Positions 26,348 through 35,965 of a stretch of DNA of 43,887 bases are shown one piece after another. This stretch comes from Acholeplasmataceae bacterium (lineage in GTDB: Bacteria > Bacillota_I > Bacilli_A > Acholeplasmatales > Acholeplasmataceae). Made by a program: the position numbers and the translations under genes. The notes under the pieces are model-generated. The model ran no database searches. It was not told where the DNA came from and worked only from the letters and a program-made list of their open reading frames with translations. The first letter of the stretch is position 1; each line of letters begins with the position of its first letter. The stretch covers positions 1 through 43,887 of the forward strand of contig CAXRJA010000073.1 in NCBI GenBank assembly GCA_964230965.1. The letters run 5' to 3'.

Positions 26348-26865
26348 ATATTAAGATACATATCATAATATGCTTGGGTTTGACTATCATTAAATGGAAA
26401 TTCATTTTTTTGAAGTTTCATTTTTAGTTCTTTCAAATAATATTGAATAATCGTATCGATTTCATTAGGATAATGCATTTTCAGTTTATGATCTTCGTAT
26501 TCTTGACTGTCTAATACACGTATGCGTTTTGAAGGATACATTTTAATATCTAAATCATAATCTATATATTTGATCGCTTCTTCATCATAAATATAGGGAC
26601 TTGCTAAATTGCAATAATAATGAATCCCGTCTTCTTTTAACATCGCAATGATGTTATACCAATAGTCATCAAAAAAAATACAGATAGCAGGTTCTTTTGA
26701 ATGCCAAGTTCTTCCATCTGCTTCAATCACTTTTGTTCTGTCATTTGCAGTAATGACATAATTTTGTGCAGCCTCTAATACAACAGATTTTTTCCATACA
26801 CGATGAATGGTTTTATTATGTTTATAGCTTTGGATGACAATATGCATCCCTTTTGATAATTTCAT
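26341..26865 (-). CDS. ntdp: Nucleoside tri/diphosphate phosphatase Ntdp (UPF0374 / DUF402 family)
   Basis: IQSYKHNKTIHRVW.., EPAICIFFDDYWYNIIAMLKEDGIHYYCNLASPY.., IKYIDYDLDIK closely follow the conserved Firmicutes UPF0374 pattern. ATG at 26865 follows AAGG. Confidence 0.8.
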   Translation of the reverse strand: MKLSKGMHIVIQSYKHNKTIHRVWKKSVVLEAAQNYVITANDRTKVIEADGRTWHSKEPAICIFFDDYWYNIIAMLKEDGIHYYCNLASPYIYDEEAIKYIDYDLDIKMYPSKRIRVLDSQEYEDHKLKMHYPNEIDTIIQYYLKELKMKLQKNEFPFNDSQTQAYYDMYLNIK

Positions 26866-26943
26866 AAGCACCTTATGTGTATTATAACAAAAAAAGTATC
26901 AGTTAAGATACCTTATGTTTTGTCTATTAGGCTACATGTCTTA

Positions 26944-26977
26944 TAAAAAAAGTTTTGATACATATAGTATCAAAACT
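26944..26977 (-). terminator. Intrinsic terminator of tRNA-Leu
   Basis: 11-bp stem AGTTTTGATAC / GTATCAAAACT, 5-nt loop, T-run on the minus strand (plus-strand A-run 26944-26950). Confidence 0.8.
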
Positions 26978-26989
26978 GGTTACACGATT

Positions 26990-27075
26990 TGGTGCGGACG
27001 ATGAGATTTGAACTCACACGACATTTCTGCCACATGCCCCTCAAGCATGCGTGTCTACCATTCCACCACATCCGC
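26990..27075 (-). tRNA. tRNA-Leu (anticodon GAG), type II with long variable arm
   Basis: The reverse complement folds as: acceptor GCGGATG/CGTCCGC, anticodon stem CATGC/GCATG with loop TT-GAG-GG, long variable arm TGGCAGAAATGTCGT, T loop TTCAAAT, discriminator A, encoded CCA. Confidence 0.85.
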
Positions 27076-27077
27076 AT

Positions 27078-27106
27078 GAAAAAGGTGCTATCTTCATAGC
27101 ACCTTT
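27078..27106 (-). terminator. Intrinsic terminator of the DAK2-domain gene, 3 nt from the tRNA-Leu 5' end
   Basis: 11-bp stem AAAGGTGCTAT / ATAGCACCTTT, 4-nt loop, followed on the minus strand by TTC. Confidence 0.65.
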
Positions 27107-27112
27107 ATTATA

Positions 27113-28756
27113 TCACTCTACTGCAAATACATATGTATATATGTCCTGTTTTCCTTCAATCATATCAACTTCGATATCTGGATGACATTTTTTAGCATAT
27201 GCAACAATTTGTTCAAGTTCTTCTTCTTCATAATCTTTACCATAAAATATGGTGATGATTTCTCTTGAAGAATCAATGAGATTATCTAATAAACGTTGTG
27301 CTGCTTCATATTTTGTTTTTTCAGCTGCTAAAATTTGACCTTTTGCAATGGCCATATAATCGCCATTATTGATTTTAACACCCTTTATTTCTGTATCTCT
27401 AACTGCAAATGTAATCTCACCGTACGTCATATTATCCGCAACATCTTTCATTGCCTCTAAATTTTCATCAAGCGTTACTGTTGGATCAAATGCAATCATT
27501 GTTGCATATCCTTGACCGATATTTTTCGTTTTTATAACTGAAATAGAACGTTCAGGTAATAAATCAATGGTTTGTTCTGCAGATAAAATAATGTTTTTAT
27601 TATTAGGTAAGATAATCACGTGTTCTGCATTCGCATTTTCTATTGCATTAACAAAACTCTCAGTCGACGGATTCATTGTTTGACCACCATCAATGATGAT
27701 ATCAATCCCTAGATCTTTATATGCTTTCTTAATACCTTCACCACTTGCAACCGCTAATATCGCATATGCTTTCTTTTCAGCAGGTTTTTTTGTTGCAGCT
27801 GGCGCATCTTTACCAAGTATTGTTGCATTCTGAAGTCTCATATTATCTGCTTTTAACGTTTGTAAGTCCCCATATTTTTGACCAAGTGTAATTGCAACAC
27901 CAGGTTCATCTGTATGAATGTGAACTTTTAAAAGATCTTCATCCTGCACAAATACAAGTGAATCTCCCATCGCATTGAGTGGATCTCTTAAATCTGATGG
28001 ATTAAAGTTTTTCTCATCATGTAACTTGATAATAAATTCTGTACAATAACCATATGTGATTTCAACATCACCTAAGTTATGTGCACCATGATAGTCTTCA
28101 TGTGACTCTTTTTGAGCTTCTTCTGAAAGCATTTGACCTTCTAAAGCCATAATCATACCTTCAACAATTTTGATAAATCCTGCACCACCGCTATCAACAA
28201 CCCCTGCTTCTTTTAAAACCGGTAATAGGTTGGGCGTTTCTTGAAGCGACTGATTTGCTTGTTTTAAATAAGCAGCCATCACTTTTTCTACTGAATCATA
28301 TTTAGATTTATCTCTAAGAACGCGCTCAGCAGATTCTCTCACAACAGTTAAAATGGTACCTTCAACAGGATCCATAACAGCTCGGTAGGCCATTTGATAT
28401 CCACCAACAAGTGCTTGAATAAATTGTTCGACAGTTGCATATGCTTCATCGATTTTTGCGATTTCACTGTAAACACCACGAAAAAACTGGGACAAGATTA
28501 CCCCTGAGTTTCCACGAGCACCCATGAGAAGGCCTCTAGATAAAATTTTCGACACATCAACGATAGACGCTGACTCGGCATTAATAATTTCTTTAATACC
28601 CGCCATCATCGTCATTTGCATGTTGGTACCTGTGTCACCATCTGGAACTGGAAATACGTTTAAATGATCAATTTCTTTGTGGTTGTTTTTAAGATGAACC
28701 GCGCCATTTGTTACCATCTGTTTAAAAAGCTTACCGCTTATTCTTTGGTTTGGCAT
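27113..28756 (-). CDS. yloV: DAK2 domain-containing protein YloV family (DhaL-like N-terminus plus DegV-like C-terminus)
   Basis: 547 aa. N-terminal Dak2 pattern LNVFPVPDGDTGTNM and GARGNSGVILSQ. Divergent from rpmB, as in the Bacillus rpmB / yloU-yloV arrangement. Confidence 0.85.
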   Translation of the reverse strand: MPNQRISGKLFKQMVTNGAVHLKNNHKEIDHLNVFPVPDGDTGTNMQMTMMAGIKEIINAESASIVDVSKILSRGLLMGARGNSGVILSQFFRGVYSEIAKIDEAYATVEQFIQALVGGYQMAYRAVMDPVEGTILTVVRESAERVLRDKSKYDSVEKVMAAYLKQANQSLQETPNLLPVLKEAGVVDSGGAGFIKIVEGMIMALEGQMLSEEAQKESHEDYHGAHNLGDVEITYGYCTEFIIKLHDEKNFNPSDLRDPLNAMGDSLVFVQDEDLLKVHIHTDEPGVAITLGQKYGDLQTLKADNMRLQNATILGKDAPAATKKPAEKKAYAILAVASGEGIKKAYKDLGIDIIIDGGQTMNPSTESFVNAIENANAEHVIILPNNKNIILSAEQTIDLLPERSISVIKTKNIGQGYATMIAFDPTVTLDENLEAMKDVADNMTYGEITFAVRDTEIKGVKINNGDYMAIAKGQILAAEKTKYEAAQRLLDNLIDSSREIITIFYGKDYEEEELEQIVAYAKKCHPDIEVDMIEGKQDIYTYVFAVE

Positions 28757-28938
28757 AGTAATCTCCTTGTGAACTTGTGTTTTTAGTTTATATTATGGTT
28801 AATTGAGTGAGTATAAATTAATAAATCTTTCATATTATATCATGTGAAAAATAAAAAAGCAACGAGCCAAAATAAGCATATATCATTGCTTTTTTTATGA
28901 CTTCATGATAAAGTATTTTAGGAAAAGGAGTGATTGAA

Positions 28939-29127
28939 ATGGCACAATGTTATGTCACTGGTAAAAAAACACTGACAGGTAACCGTCGTTCACATGCTCT
29001 AAATGCAACACGCCACACTTGGAAATCCAATTTACAAAATGTACGTATTCGCTTAGAAGATGGCACAGTTAAACGTGTAAAGATATCCGCAAGAGCACTT
29101 AAAAAATTGCAATTAGAACGTGTTTAA
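28939..29127 (+). CDS. rpmB: 50S ribosomal protein L28
   Basis: 62 aa from ATG 28939 (RBS AAAGGAG 8 nt upstream). [33 protein letters not shown] is the L28 signature. The track's 3 extra codons start at a GTG inside the RBS. Confidence 0.9.
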   Translation: MAQCYVTGKKTLTGNRRSHALNATRHTWKSNLQNVRIRLEDGTVKRVKISARALKKLQLERV

Positions 29128-29129
29128 AC

Positions 29130-29155
29130 AAAAAAGCGCATTAAGCGCTTTTTTT
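29130..29155. terminator. Bidirectional terminator between rpmB and thiN
   Basis: A6-GCGC-ATTAA-GCGC-T7. The thiN stop (29141-29143) lies in the loop. Nearly identical to the element at 9509-9533. Confidence 0.8.
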
Positions 29156-29749
29156 GTTGGTCAATATAACAAGAACTGATCCTTTTTCAACGAAAATTTC
29201 ACCCGTATCATTTGTAAGTTCATTCGATATGCCTAAATTATCAAATGCATTTAAATGATGTGAATCAAGTGGATACTTAAATCCCTTTAAAGTAACGACT
29301 GTTTCATGGTAAGGAAAAATATTAATATACCCTTTATGTGATATTTGCATATATTTATCTAGTTTAAATAGTTCTGAATATTCTGTAATCATTTTTATTT
29401 TTGGAAAATGATGAAATAAATTCATGTGGGCATATGCATGTTCGATGCGTTCACCACCAGCGCCACCGATCAATATAATCTCATCATGTGGCATCTCGTG
29501 CGCACGTTTTAGAGCATAATAAGAATCTGTTATATCTTTTTCTGAAGGTAATTCTTCGGTGTTTAATCCATGTAATAGCCCTTTATTTTTCAACGAATCA
29601 AAGTCACCTACAGCAAGATCCACTTTGATACGTTGTTTATATATAGCAGACAATGCTTGATCCACACCAATGACGACATCTTCTTCTTTGATGGTTACCA
29701 ATGACTTCACATCATTTGGTACTGGATGTGTAATGATAAATATTGTCAT
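29141..29749 (-). CDS. thiN: Thiamine diphosphokinase
   Basis: TPK motifs VGDFDS and IGGAGGERIEH. Start taken at ATG 29749, overlapping the rpe stop (ATGA). An in-frame ATG at 29767 is an alternative. Confidence 0.8.
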   Translation of the reverse strand: MTIFIITHPVPNDVKSLVTIKEEDVVIGVDQALSAIYKQRIKVDLAVGDFDSLKNKGLLHGLNTEELPSEKDITDSYYALKRAHEMPHDEIILIGGAGGERIEHAYAHMNLFHHFPKIKMITEYSELFKLDKYMQISHKGYINIFPYHETVVTLKGFKYPLDSHHLNAFDNLGISNELTNDTGEIFVEKGSVLVILTNKKSA

Positions 29750-30369
29750 TGATTCTTTTTCAACCATGTCTTCATATCTTGTTGTTTGAAAAGGTAGCTT
29801 CCTACGACTGCGACATCAACACCTGCTTCTTGACATAATTGAATGTGATCATCATTGATACCACCATCCACTTGTATAATAAATGGATGTTGCTTTTTAT
29901 ATGATTGTAGGTGTTTTACCTTTTTTAACATATTTGGCATAAAAGACTGCCCACCAAATCCTGGTTCTACAGTCATAATTAAAACCAAATCTACTTCATT
30001 GAGATAAGGCAAAATAATCTCTATCGGTGTGTTAGGTTTCACAGCTAAACCAACACCAATATCTTCTTTTTTTATGGTTTTAATAGATTTTTCAACATCT
30101 TTTGCTTCAACGTGAATCGTAATAAATTGGGGTTGAAGGCTTTTAAACTGGTCTATCCATTGAAGCGGATGCGTTGTCATTAAATGCACATCTAAAGGAA
30201 TATTGCTTAATCTTTTGAATGTCTTTGCAATATCTATGCCAAATGACAAATTGGGGACAAAATGACCATCCATAATATCTAAATGAATCATATAAGCATC
30301 TTCTAATGCAACAATCCATTCTTTGATATTTTCGATAGGTGCATTTAACACTGAGGGTGCTATTTTCAT
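29746..30369 (-). CDS. rpe: Ribulose-phosphate 3-epimerase
   Basis: 207 aa. IAPSVLNA, HLDIMDGHFVPN, VHLM, MTVEPGFGGQ, VDGGIN. RBS AAAGGAGG. Confidence 0.95.
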   Translation of the reverse strand: MKIAPSVLNAPIENIKEWIVALEDAYMIHLDIMDGHFVPNLSFGIDIAKTFKRLSNIPLDVHLMTTHPLQWIDQFKSLQPQFITIHVEAKDVEKSIKTIKKEDIGVGLAVKPNTPIEIILPYLNEVDLVLIMTVEPGFGGQSFMPNMLKKVKHLQSYKKQHPFIIQVDGGINDDHIQLCQEAGVDVAVVGSYLFKQQDMKTWLKKNQ

Positions 30370-30381
30370 AGGTACCTCCTT

Positions 30382-31329
30382 TTAGTATTTTCTTTTAATC
30401 GATTTTATTTCATTGTAAAAAGCAACATAATTATCATAACGAGATTGCATGATTTGACCATTATCAAGCGCCTCTTTAATGCCACATGATGGTTCATGGA
30501 TGTGTACACAACTTTGAAATTTACATGTGGATTTATAGAGATTAAAATCCTTAAACGCGACAATAAGATCTTCAATATTAAAGTGTTCAAATGACAATTT
30601 TGAAAATCCAGGTGTATCTGCAATAAGACCACCATTTAAAGGATATAATTCAGTATGTCTTGTCGTATGCTTACCTCTACCCAAAGCTTTTGAGATTTCT
30701 TGAGTTGCAAGATTTAAATTTGGTATGAGACCATTTAATAAAGTCGATTTCCCAACCCCAGTTTGACCTGCAATCACAGACACGTGATTTTTGAGCATCT
30801 TAAGTAATGCATCTTTGTCTTCTAAAGTTTTTGCATTAAGACTCAAATACTTATATCCCATGTGTTTGTAGTAATCCAACTTAGCTGTCAAATCTTTGAC
30901 AGCTTTATCATCGACTTTGTCTGTCTTCGTTAAGATAATGATGATATCTAGATTATAACGCGATAAGATAGTTAAAAATTTATCTAATAATACAAAACTA
31001 AATTCAGGGGAAGTTGCTGAAAATACTAAAAATAATTGGTCTATATTTGCAATATCGGGTCTATATAAATCTGTTTTTCTAGGATGAATATCTTGAATGA
31101 CATAATGATCAGATACAAACGTATACGTCACGATATCACCGACTTTAGGTGAGATTTGTTGATGTTTTACTTCTTTTTTCGTTTTTGAAGAGACACTTTG
31201 ATAAAAAGAGGATGCACCATCCAATTCAATATATCTTAACTTCCCTCTCGCAATCGCTTCTATGAGTTTATTGTCATGCGTGAGTATCGTATATTGGTTG
31301 GAAATTTGTTTAATGATTTGCCCAATCAT
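30382..31329 (-). CDS. rsgA: Ribosome small subunit-dependent GTPase A
   Basis: Start at ATG 31329 (MIGQIIKQ), overlapping the rlmN stop. Circularly permuted GTPase: TKTD (G4) before GQTGVGKST (G1), DTPGF, and a C-terminal zinc finger CKFQSCVHIHEPSC. Confidence 0.9.
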   Translation of the reverse strand: MIGQIIKQISNQYTILTHDNKLIEAIARGKLRYIELDGASSFYQSVSSKTKKEVKHQQISPKVGDIVTYTFVSDHYVIQDIHPRKTDLYRPDIANIDQLFLVFSATSPEFSFVLLDKFLTILSRYNLDIIIILTKTDKVDDKAVKDLTAKLDYYKHMGYKYLSLNAKTLEDKDALLKMLKNHVSVIAGQTGVGKSTLLNGLIPNLNLATQEISKALGRGKHTTRHTELYPLNGGLIADTPGFSKLSFEHFNIEDLIVAFKDFNLYKSTCKFQSCVHIHEPSCGIKEALDNGQIMQSRYDNYVAFYNEIKSIKRKY

Positions 31330-32357
31330 AGCATCTCTTTTTGCGCATGTTGAGAGCGCAGTTGTCCACATGCTGCATTAATATCATGTCCTTGTTCTTT
31401 TCTAAGCGTTACTTGTATTTTATGTTTTTTTAAGACATCATAAAATGCTTCCATACGTTCTCTTGAAGAACGTTTATAAGGGGCTTCAATCACTTGGTTG
31501 TATGGAATTAAGTTGACATAAGCATTCATACCTTTAATTTTATTAGCCAGTTCTACTGCCGTTTCTACACTATCATTAAGTTCATGAATCATAATATATT
31601 CAAATGTCACACGTCTATTTGTGATTTTTAAATATTCTCTAACAGCTTCTAACACGCGATCAACATTATATGTTTTATTAATTTTCATCAACGATGTACG
31701 AATTTCATTATTAGGCGCATGTAAACTGATCGCTAGATTCACTTGTATGCCAAGTTCAGCGAATGCTTTTATTTTAGGAACAATGCCAGATGTTGATACA
31801 GTAATATGTCTTGCACCGATGGACAATCCTTTAGGATCATTGACCGTTTTTAAAAACTGAGTAAGATGCTTATAATTATCAAAAGGTTCTCCAATACCCA
31901 TGACGACAATATATTGTATTTTTTCATTCAGTTGACGTTCTGTTTCAATAATTTGTGCAATAATTTCTCCTGCAGTTAAATCACGTTTCTTTAGAAGTTG
32001 TCCACTTGCACAAAAAGAACATCCGATATTACATCCCACTTGTGTGGTTACACAAATGGAATTTCCATAATGATGTTTCATTAAAACAGCTTCGATAAGA
32101 TGCCCATCATGAACAGAATATAATTGTTTTACAGTACCATCTCGGCTTACAGATTTTAATACAAAGTCTAAAGCATTCATTTTAAATGCTTCTTTTAATC
32201 CTTCAATGAGTGTCTGCGGGAGATTATGCATTTCTTCAAAAGTTGCTACTTTCATTTGATATAAAAAATGCCATATTTGTCTCGCCCGATAAGGTTTTTC
32301 ACCTTGAGAAACAACCCATTGTTCTAATTTTTCAAAACTCAAATCATATATGAGCAT
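31326..32357 (-). CDS. rlmN: 23S rRNA/tRNA adenine-C2 methyltransferase RlmN (radical SAM)
   Basis: 343 aa. YRARQIW near the N-terminus, radical-SAM cluster CNIGCSFCASG, C-terminal INAACGQL with the catalytic Cys. Confidence 0.95.
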   Translation of the reverse strand: MLIYDLSFEKLEQWVVSQGEKPYRARQIWHFLYQMKVATFEEMHNLPQTLIEGLKEAFKMNALDFVLKSVSRDGTVKQLYSVHDGHLIEAVLMKHHYGNSICVTTQVGCNIGCSFCASGQLLKKRDLTAGEIIAQIIETERQLNEKIQYIVVMGIGEPFDNYKHLTQFLKTVNDPKGLSIGARHITVSTSGIVPKIKAFAELGIQVNLAISLHAPNNEIRTSLMKINKTYNVDRVLEAVREYLKITNRRVTFEYIMIHELNDSVETAVELANKIKGMNAYVNLIPYNQVIEAPYKRSSRERMEAFYDVLKKHKIQVTLRKEQGHDINAACGQLRSQHAQKEML

Positions 32358-32364
32358 ACGTATC

Positions 32365-34719
32365 CTATCTTATTTCTAATTTTAGTTCAAATTGACAGCG
32401 ATGAATGACTTTTTTCATCAGTTTTTCTACATCATCATTCGTTAACGTTTTTTCATTGTCATTTAAAATCATTCTAAAGGCAACAGATTGATGACCTTCT
32501 TTCACATGTTCACCTTGATAAACATCAAAAACATAAACATCGACTAAATATTTTCTTAGTGTTTGTTGCATTAATTCTACCACATTTTTAACACTCATAT
32601 CTATCGGCATAATAAATGCAAGATCTCTTTCAACTGAAGGAAATTTAGAGATCGGTTGATATGTTTGCGTGTCATGTTTCATGACAATATCATCTAAATA
32701 TAGTGTTGCAGCATATACTTCTTTTAAATCATATTGTTTTAAGACATTTGGATGCAACGTACCAAAGTGTCCAACTTCTTTGTCCTCTACATATATCGTT
32801 GCTGTTTGATATGGATGATATACAGGATCATCATGTCTATCTTTTATCGAAAAGGCAACCCCTAGTTGTTCAAATATTCTACCAACAATTGCTTTAAGTG
32901 AATAAAATGAGGATGCAACACCATCTTTTTTAATGCGATTAAACATATACGTATCTTGCATCATAAGACTTAATCTGTTTTTTTCTTCAGTTTGAGAGAA
33001 GACATGACCGATTTCAAATAACTGGTGTAATGGTAATTGACGATTTACATTGTAGCTTAAAGTATCCAGCATGCCACCATATAGTGATTGTCTAAGAAGT
33101 TTTCTATCTTCACTTAATGGATACATTAATGTTACGTGTTCTCCTAATTGATGAAAAACTTTATATTCATTTAATTTTCTTAGTGAATATGTAATGACTT
33201 GTTGAAATCCAAGTGATGTAAGAAGATGTTCTAATTGTCGATTTTTTTTCTGCTCAATCGATAACTTACCTTCTAATGATGTTTTCAATGGTGTTGATGG
33301 AATCAAATCTAAACCATAAATTCGACCAACCTCTTCTACAATATCGGCTTCTATTGAAATATCATACCGATCATAAGGCACAACACATTGAATGTCATCA
33401 TCGTTTGATAAAGCAACTTCAAATCTTAAACGCATTAAATAATTAATAATCTCATCTTTGGAAAGCATTAAACCTAATGCTGAATTAATATGACGAATTG
33501 AAGTTTTCACAACTTTTTTATCAATATTTCGCGCATCTGATACAGTTTCACCAATAAGTGTCGCATCTGCAAGATCTAAGAGCAACTGTGTGGCGAGATC
33601 TAAACCTAACGCGACACGATCATATCCAACACCACGTTCAAAACGAAGTGAGGAATCACTTCTTAAATCAAGTCTTTTAGATGTTTCTAATATTGTTTTA
33701 GGATCGAATAACGCAGCTTCTAAAAATAAGGTGTCTGTTGTATTCGTTACCATAGTGTTTTCTAAACCCATGACACCAGCCAATGCTACTGGAAGCGTTC
33801 CATTAGAAATGACCAAATCAGAAGATAACAAGGTGCGTTCTTGACCATCTAATGTAACAACCTTTTCTTGGTCTTTTGCTTGTCTAATGATGATGTCATC
33901 TGATGTGAATTTAGAAGCATCAAATGTATGAAGTGGTGTCCCCATAAGTAACAATACATAATTTGTAATATCTACAACATTATTGATAGGTCTAATATCA
34001 TTATCTATGAGTAATGATTTTAACCACCAAGGAGACGCTTTAATCACAACATTTTCAAAAACACGTCCCATATATCTAGAACAAGCTCCACTTTGAATGG
34101 TGACTTTTTTGGTGTGTTTTTTTGATGAATTAAACGTATACTCAGGTACTTGTACTTTCATATTTAACATTGCTGAGAGATCATAAGCATATCCTAAAAC
34201 AGAGAGTAAATCACCTCGGTTTGGTGTGAGTCCTAATTCCATTTTAAACCCAACTTGTCCTAACGCTTCATACCCAGAGTAGCCAGGTTGGAAATCTTCA
34301 TTAAAATAATATATCCCATCTTTAAATGCTTCTGGGATAACTTTATCAGAAAATCCCAATTCTTTGAGTGAACAAATCATACCTTTAGATTGTTCTCCTC
34401 GTATTACTGCTTCTTTGATTTCAAAGTTACCCGGTAAAATCGCACCTACTTTTGCGACGATGACTGTTTGCCCAGCATCGACATTTTTAGCACCACATAC
34501 AATATTTAAAATGTCGTCATGACCAACATCCACAGTTGTTAAATTTAAATGATCAGAATTTGGATGATCAACTTTTGTAAGTACTTTACCAACGACGACA
34601 AAAGGATCATCTGATCTGATTTCGAATGATTCAATTTCGGTGATTTTTTGATTAGTTATGGCTTCAATATGTTGCGGTGTCTTTATGAAATTTTCTAGTG
34701 CTTTTTGTGTAATAACCAT
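32365..34719 (-). CDS. pheT: Phenylalanine--tRNA ligase beta subunit
   Basis: 784 aa. N-terminal tRNA-binding OB domain (VVGKVL..HPNSDHLNL..VDVG), B3/4 and B5 domains, C-terminal FDX-ACB domain. Immediately follows pheS. Confidence 0.95.
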   Translation of the reverse strand: MVITQKALENFIKTPQHIEAITNQKITEIESFEIRSDDPFVVVGKVLTKVDHPNSDHLNLTTVDVGHDDILNIVCGAKNVDAGQTVIVAKVGAILPGNFEIKEAVIRGEQSKGMICSLKELGFSDKVIPEAFKDGIYYFNEDFQPGYSGYEALGQVGFKMELGLTPNRGDLLSVLGYAYDLSAMLNMKVQVPEYTFNSSKKHTKKVTIQSGACSRYMGRVFENVVIKASPWWLKSLLIDNDIRPINNVVDITNYVLLLMGTPLHTFDASKFTSDDIIIRQAKDQEKVVTLDGQERTLLSSDLVISNGTLPVALAGVMGLENTMVTNTTDTLFLEAALFDPKTILETSKRLDLRSDSSLRFERGVGYDRVALGLDLATQLLLDLADATLIGETVSDARNIDKKVVKTSIRHINSALGLMLSKDEIINYLMRLRFEVALSNDDDIQCVVPYDRYDISIEADIVEEVGRIYGLDLIPSTPLKTSLEGKLSIEQKKNRQLEHLLTSLGFQQVITYSLRKLNEYKVFHQLGEHVTLMYPLSEDRKLLRQSLYGGMLDTLSYNVNRQLPLHQLFEIGHVFSQTEEKNRLSLMMQDTYMFNRIKKDGVASSFYSLKAIVGRIFEQLGVAFSIKDRHDDPVYHPYQTATIYVEDKEVGHFGTLHPNVLKQYDLKEVYAATLYLDDIVMKHDTQTYQPISKFPSVERDLAFIMPIDMSVKNVVELMQQTLRKYLVDVYVFDVYQGEHVKEGHQSVAFRMILNDNEKTLTNDDVEKLMKKVIHRCQFELKLEIR

Positions 34720-34720
34720 C

Positions 34721-35722
34721 TCACAAAACCCCCTTAAATTGATCTAAAAATCGTTTATCATTAATATAAAAGTGTCTAATGTCATCAATGAAGTATTTTA
34801 GTATTGCAATACGTTCGACACCAATCCCAAAAGCAAAACCTCTCTTTTGATTTGGATCAAAATTTGCCATTGATAATACGTTAGGATGAACCATCCCAGC
34901 ACCTAATACTTCAATCCAAATTGGTGTTCCATCTGACTTTACAAAAGATACATCAACTTCAACAGAAGGTTCAGTGAAAGGAAAATAGGATGGTCTTAAA
35001 CGGATTTGTCTTTCAGGTCCAAAAATATGTTTTGCCATCTCTAATAAAATACCTTTTAAATGAGAAAAATTCACATCATTTGAGACGTATAACCCTTCAA
35101 TTTGCATGAATTGATGGCTATGCGTTGGGTCATCATCATCTCGTCTGTAAACTTTACCTGGACAAATAATCGCAAGATCTTGACCATTAGCATCTAACAT
35201 TGAACGTGCTTGCACGGGGGATGTATGGGTACGAAGTAACCTTTCAGGATCAACATAAAAAGAATCTTGCATCGCGCGCGCAGGATGCCCTTTTGCTAAA
35301 TTCATCATCTCAAAATTAAAGTGATCTGTTTCAAGTTCTGGTCCTTCAGCAACCGTAAAACCTTTCCCAATAAAGAAATCTTCTACATCACGGATGACTT
35401 GTATTAATGGGTGTAAGTATCCTTTTGGCAATGCCACTTCATCTAGATGAATATCGACTTTTTCTTGTTTTAATTTTTCTTCAAGCGCAGCATTTTCTAA
35501 TAGACTTTTTTTATCAGATAATGCCTGTTCAATTTCTAGTTTCAATTGATTGACGTTTTCTCCAAAAGTTTTTCTTTCTTGTGGATCCATATCTTTCAAT
35601 TGTTTCATAAGTTCTGAAACAGCACCTTTTTTAGACAAAAAGGCGATACGAATGTTTTCTAATGTCACCAAATCATTCGCTGTTTCAATTTGCTTTAAAG
35701 CATTTATTTTAATCTTTTCCAT
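34721..35722 (-). CDS. pheS: Phenylalanine--tRNA ligase alpha subunit
   Basis: 333 aa. [21 protein letters not shown], class II motif 3 [23 protein letters not shown]. Confidence 0.95.
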   Translation of the reverse strand: MEKIKINALKQIETANDLVTLENIRIAFLSKKGAVSELMKQLKDMDPQERKTFGENVNQLKLEIEQALSDKKSLLENAALEEKLKQEKVDIHLDEVALPKGYLHPLIQVIRDVEDFFIGKGFTVAEGPELETDHFNFEMMNLAKGHPARAMQDSFYVDPERLLRTHTSPVQARSMLDANGQDLAIICPGKVYRRDDDDPTHSHQFMQIEGLYVSNDVNFSHLKGILLEMAKHIFGPERQIRLRPSYFPFTEPSVEVDVSFVKSDGTPIWIEVLGAGMVHPNVLSMANFDPNQKRGFAFGIGVERIAILKYFIDDIRHFYINDKRFLDQFKGVL

Positions 35723-35737
35723 AATTCCTCCATATAT

Positions 35738-35925
35738 AAAAAAATCCTTAGACCGAAAAACGATCTAAGGACGCCATAGACGCGGTACCACCTTAGTTCC
35801 AGTGAAATGTCACTAGCACTCTATGTGTCTTTAACGCAGACATACGGGTGTGATTAGCACCTCTCCAAGCTGAAATTCATCATGAGTTTGACGTTTTTTC
35901 ACCACCCAAACGCTCTCTAAACAAA
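35738..35925 (-). promoter_or_regulatory. T-box riboswitch leader (Phe specifier UUC) controlling pheST
   Basis: On the minus strand: AGAGAG at the stem I base (35918-35913); specifier triplet UUC followed by A (35874-35871); conserved T-box sequence AAGGTGGTACCGCG (35794-35781); terminator CCTTAGATCG-TTTTT-CGGTCTAAGG plus T7 (35770-35738), which can alternate with the antiterminator. Confidence 0.85.
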
Positions 35926-35965
35926 CTCGATTGATTACTGAGGCTCTTCTACGATTTAATTTCTT

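Noticed and set aside
24905-27110. tRNA-flanked segment as an integrated genomic island or mobile element.
   Set aside because: It has no integrase, recombinase, transposase or phage gene. I could find no direct repeat of a tRNA 3' end to mark an att site. The enclosed genes are single and small.
28850-28900. A-run/T-run flanked inverted repeat (AAAAAAGCAA..TTGCTTTTTTT) upstream of rpmB, considered as a leader or terminator.
   Set aside because: The stem is only 5 bp, closing a loop of about 24 nt. It lies upstream of the likely rpmB -10 (TGATAAAGT), so it is more plausibly just promoter-flanking AT-rich DNA.
30405-33844. ORFs 30405..30635(-), 31621..31860(+), 32703..32897(+) and 33590..33844(+).
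   Set aside because: They are off-frame or antisense within rsgA, rlmN and pheT, all of which are strongly supported.
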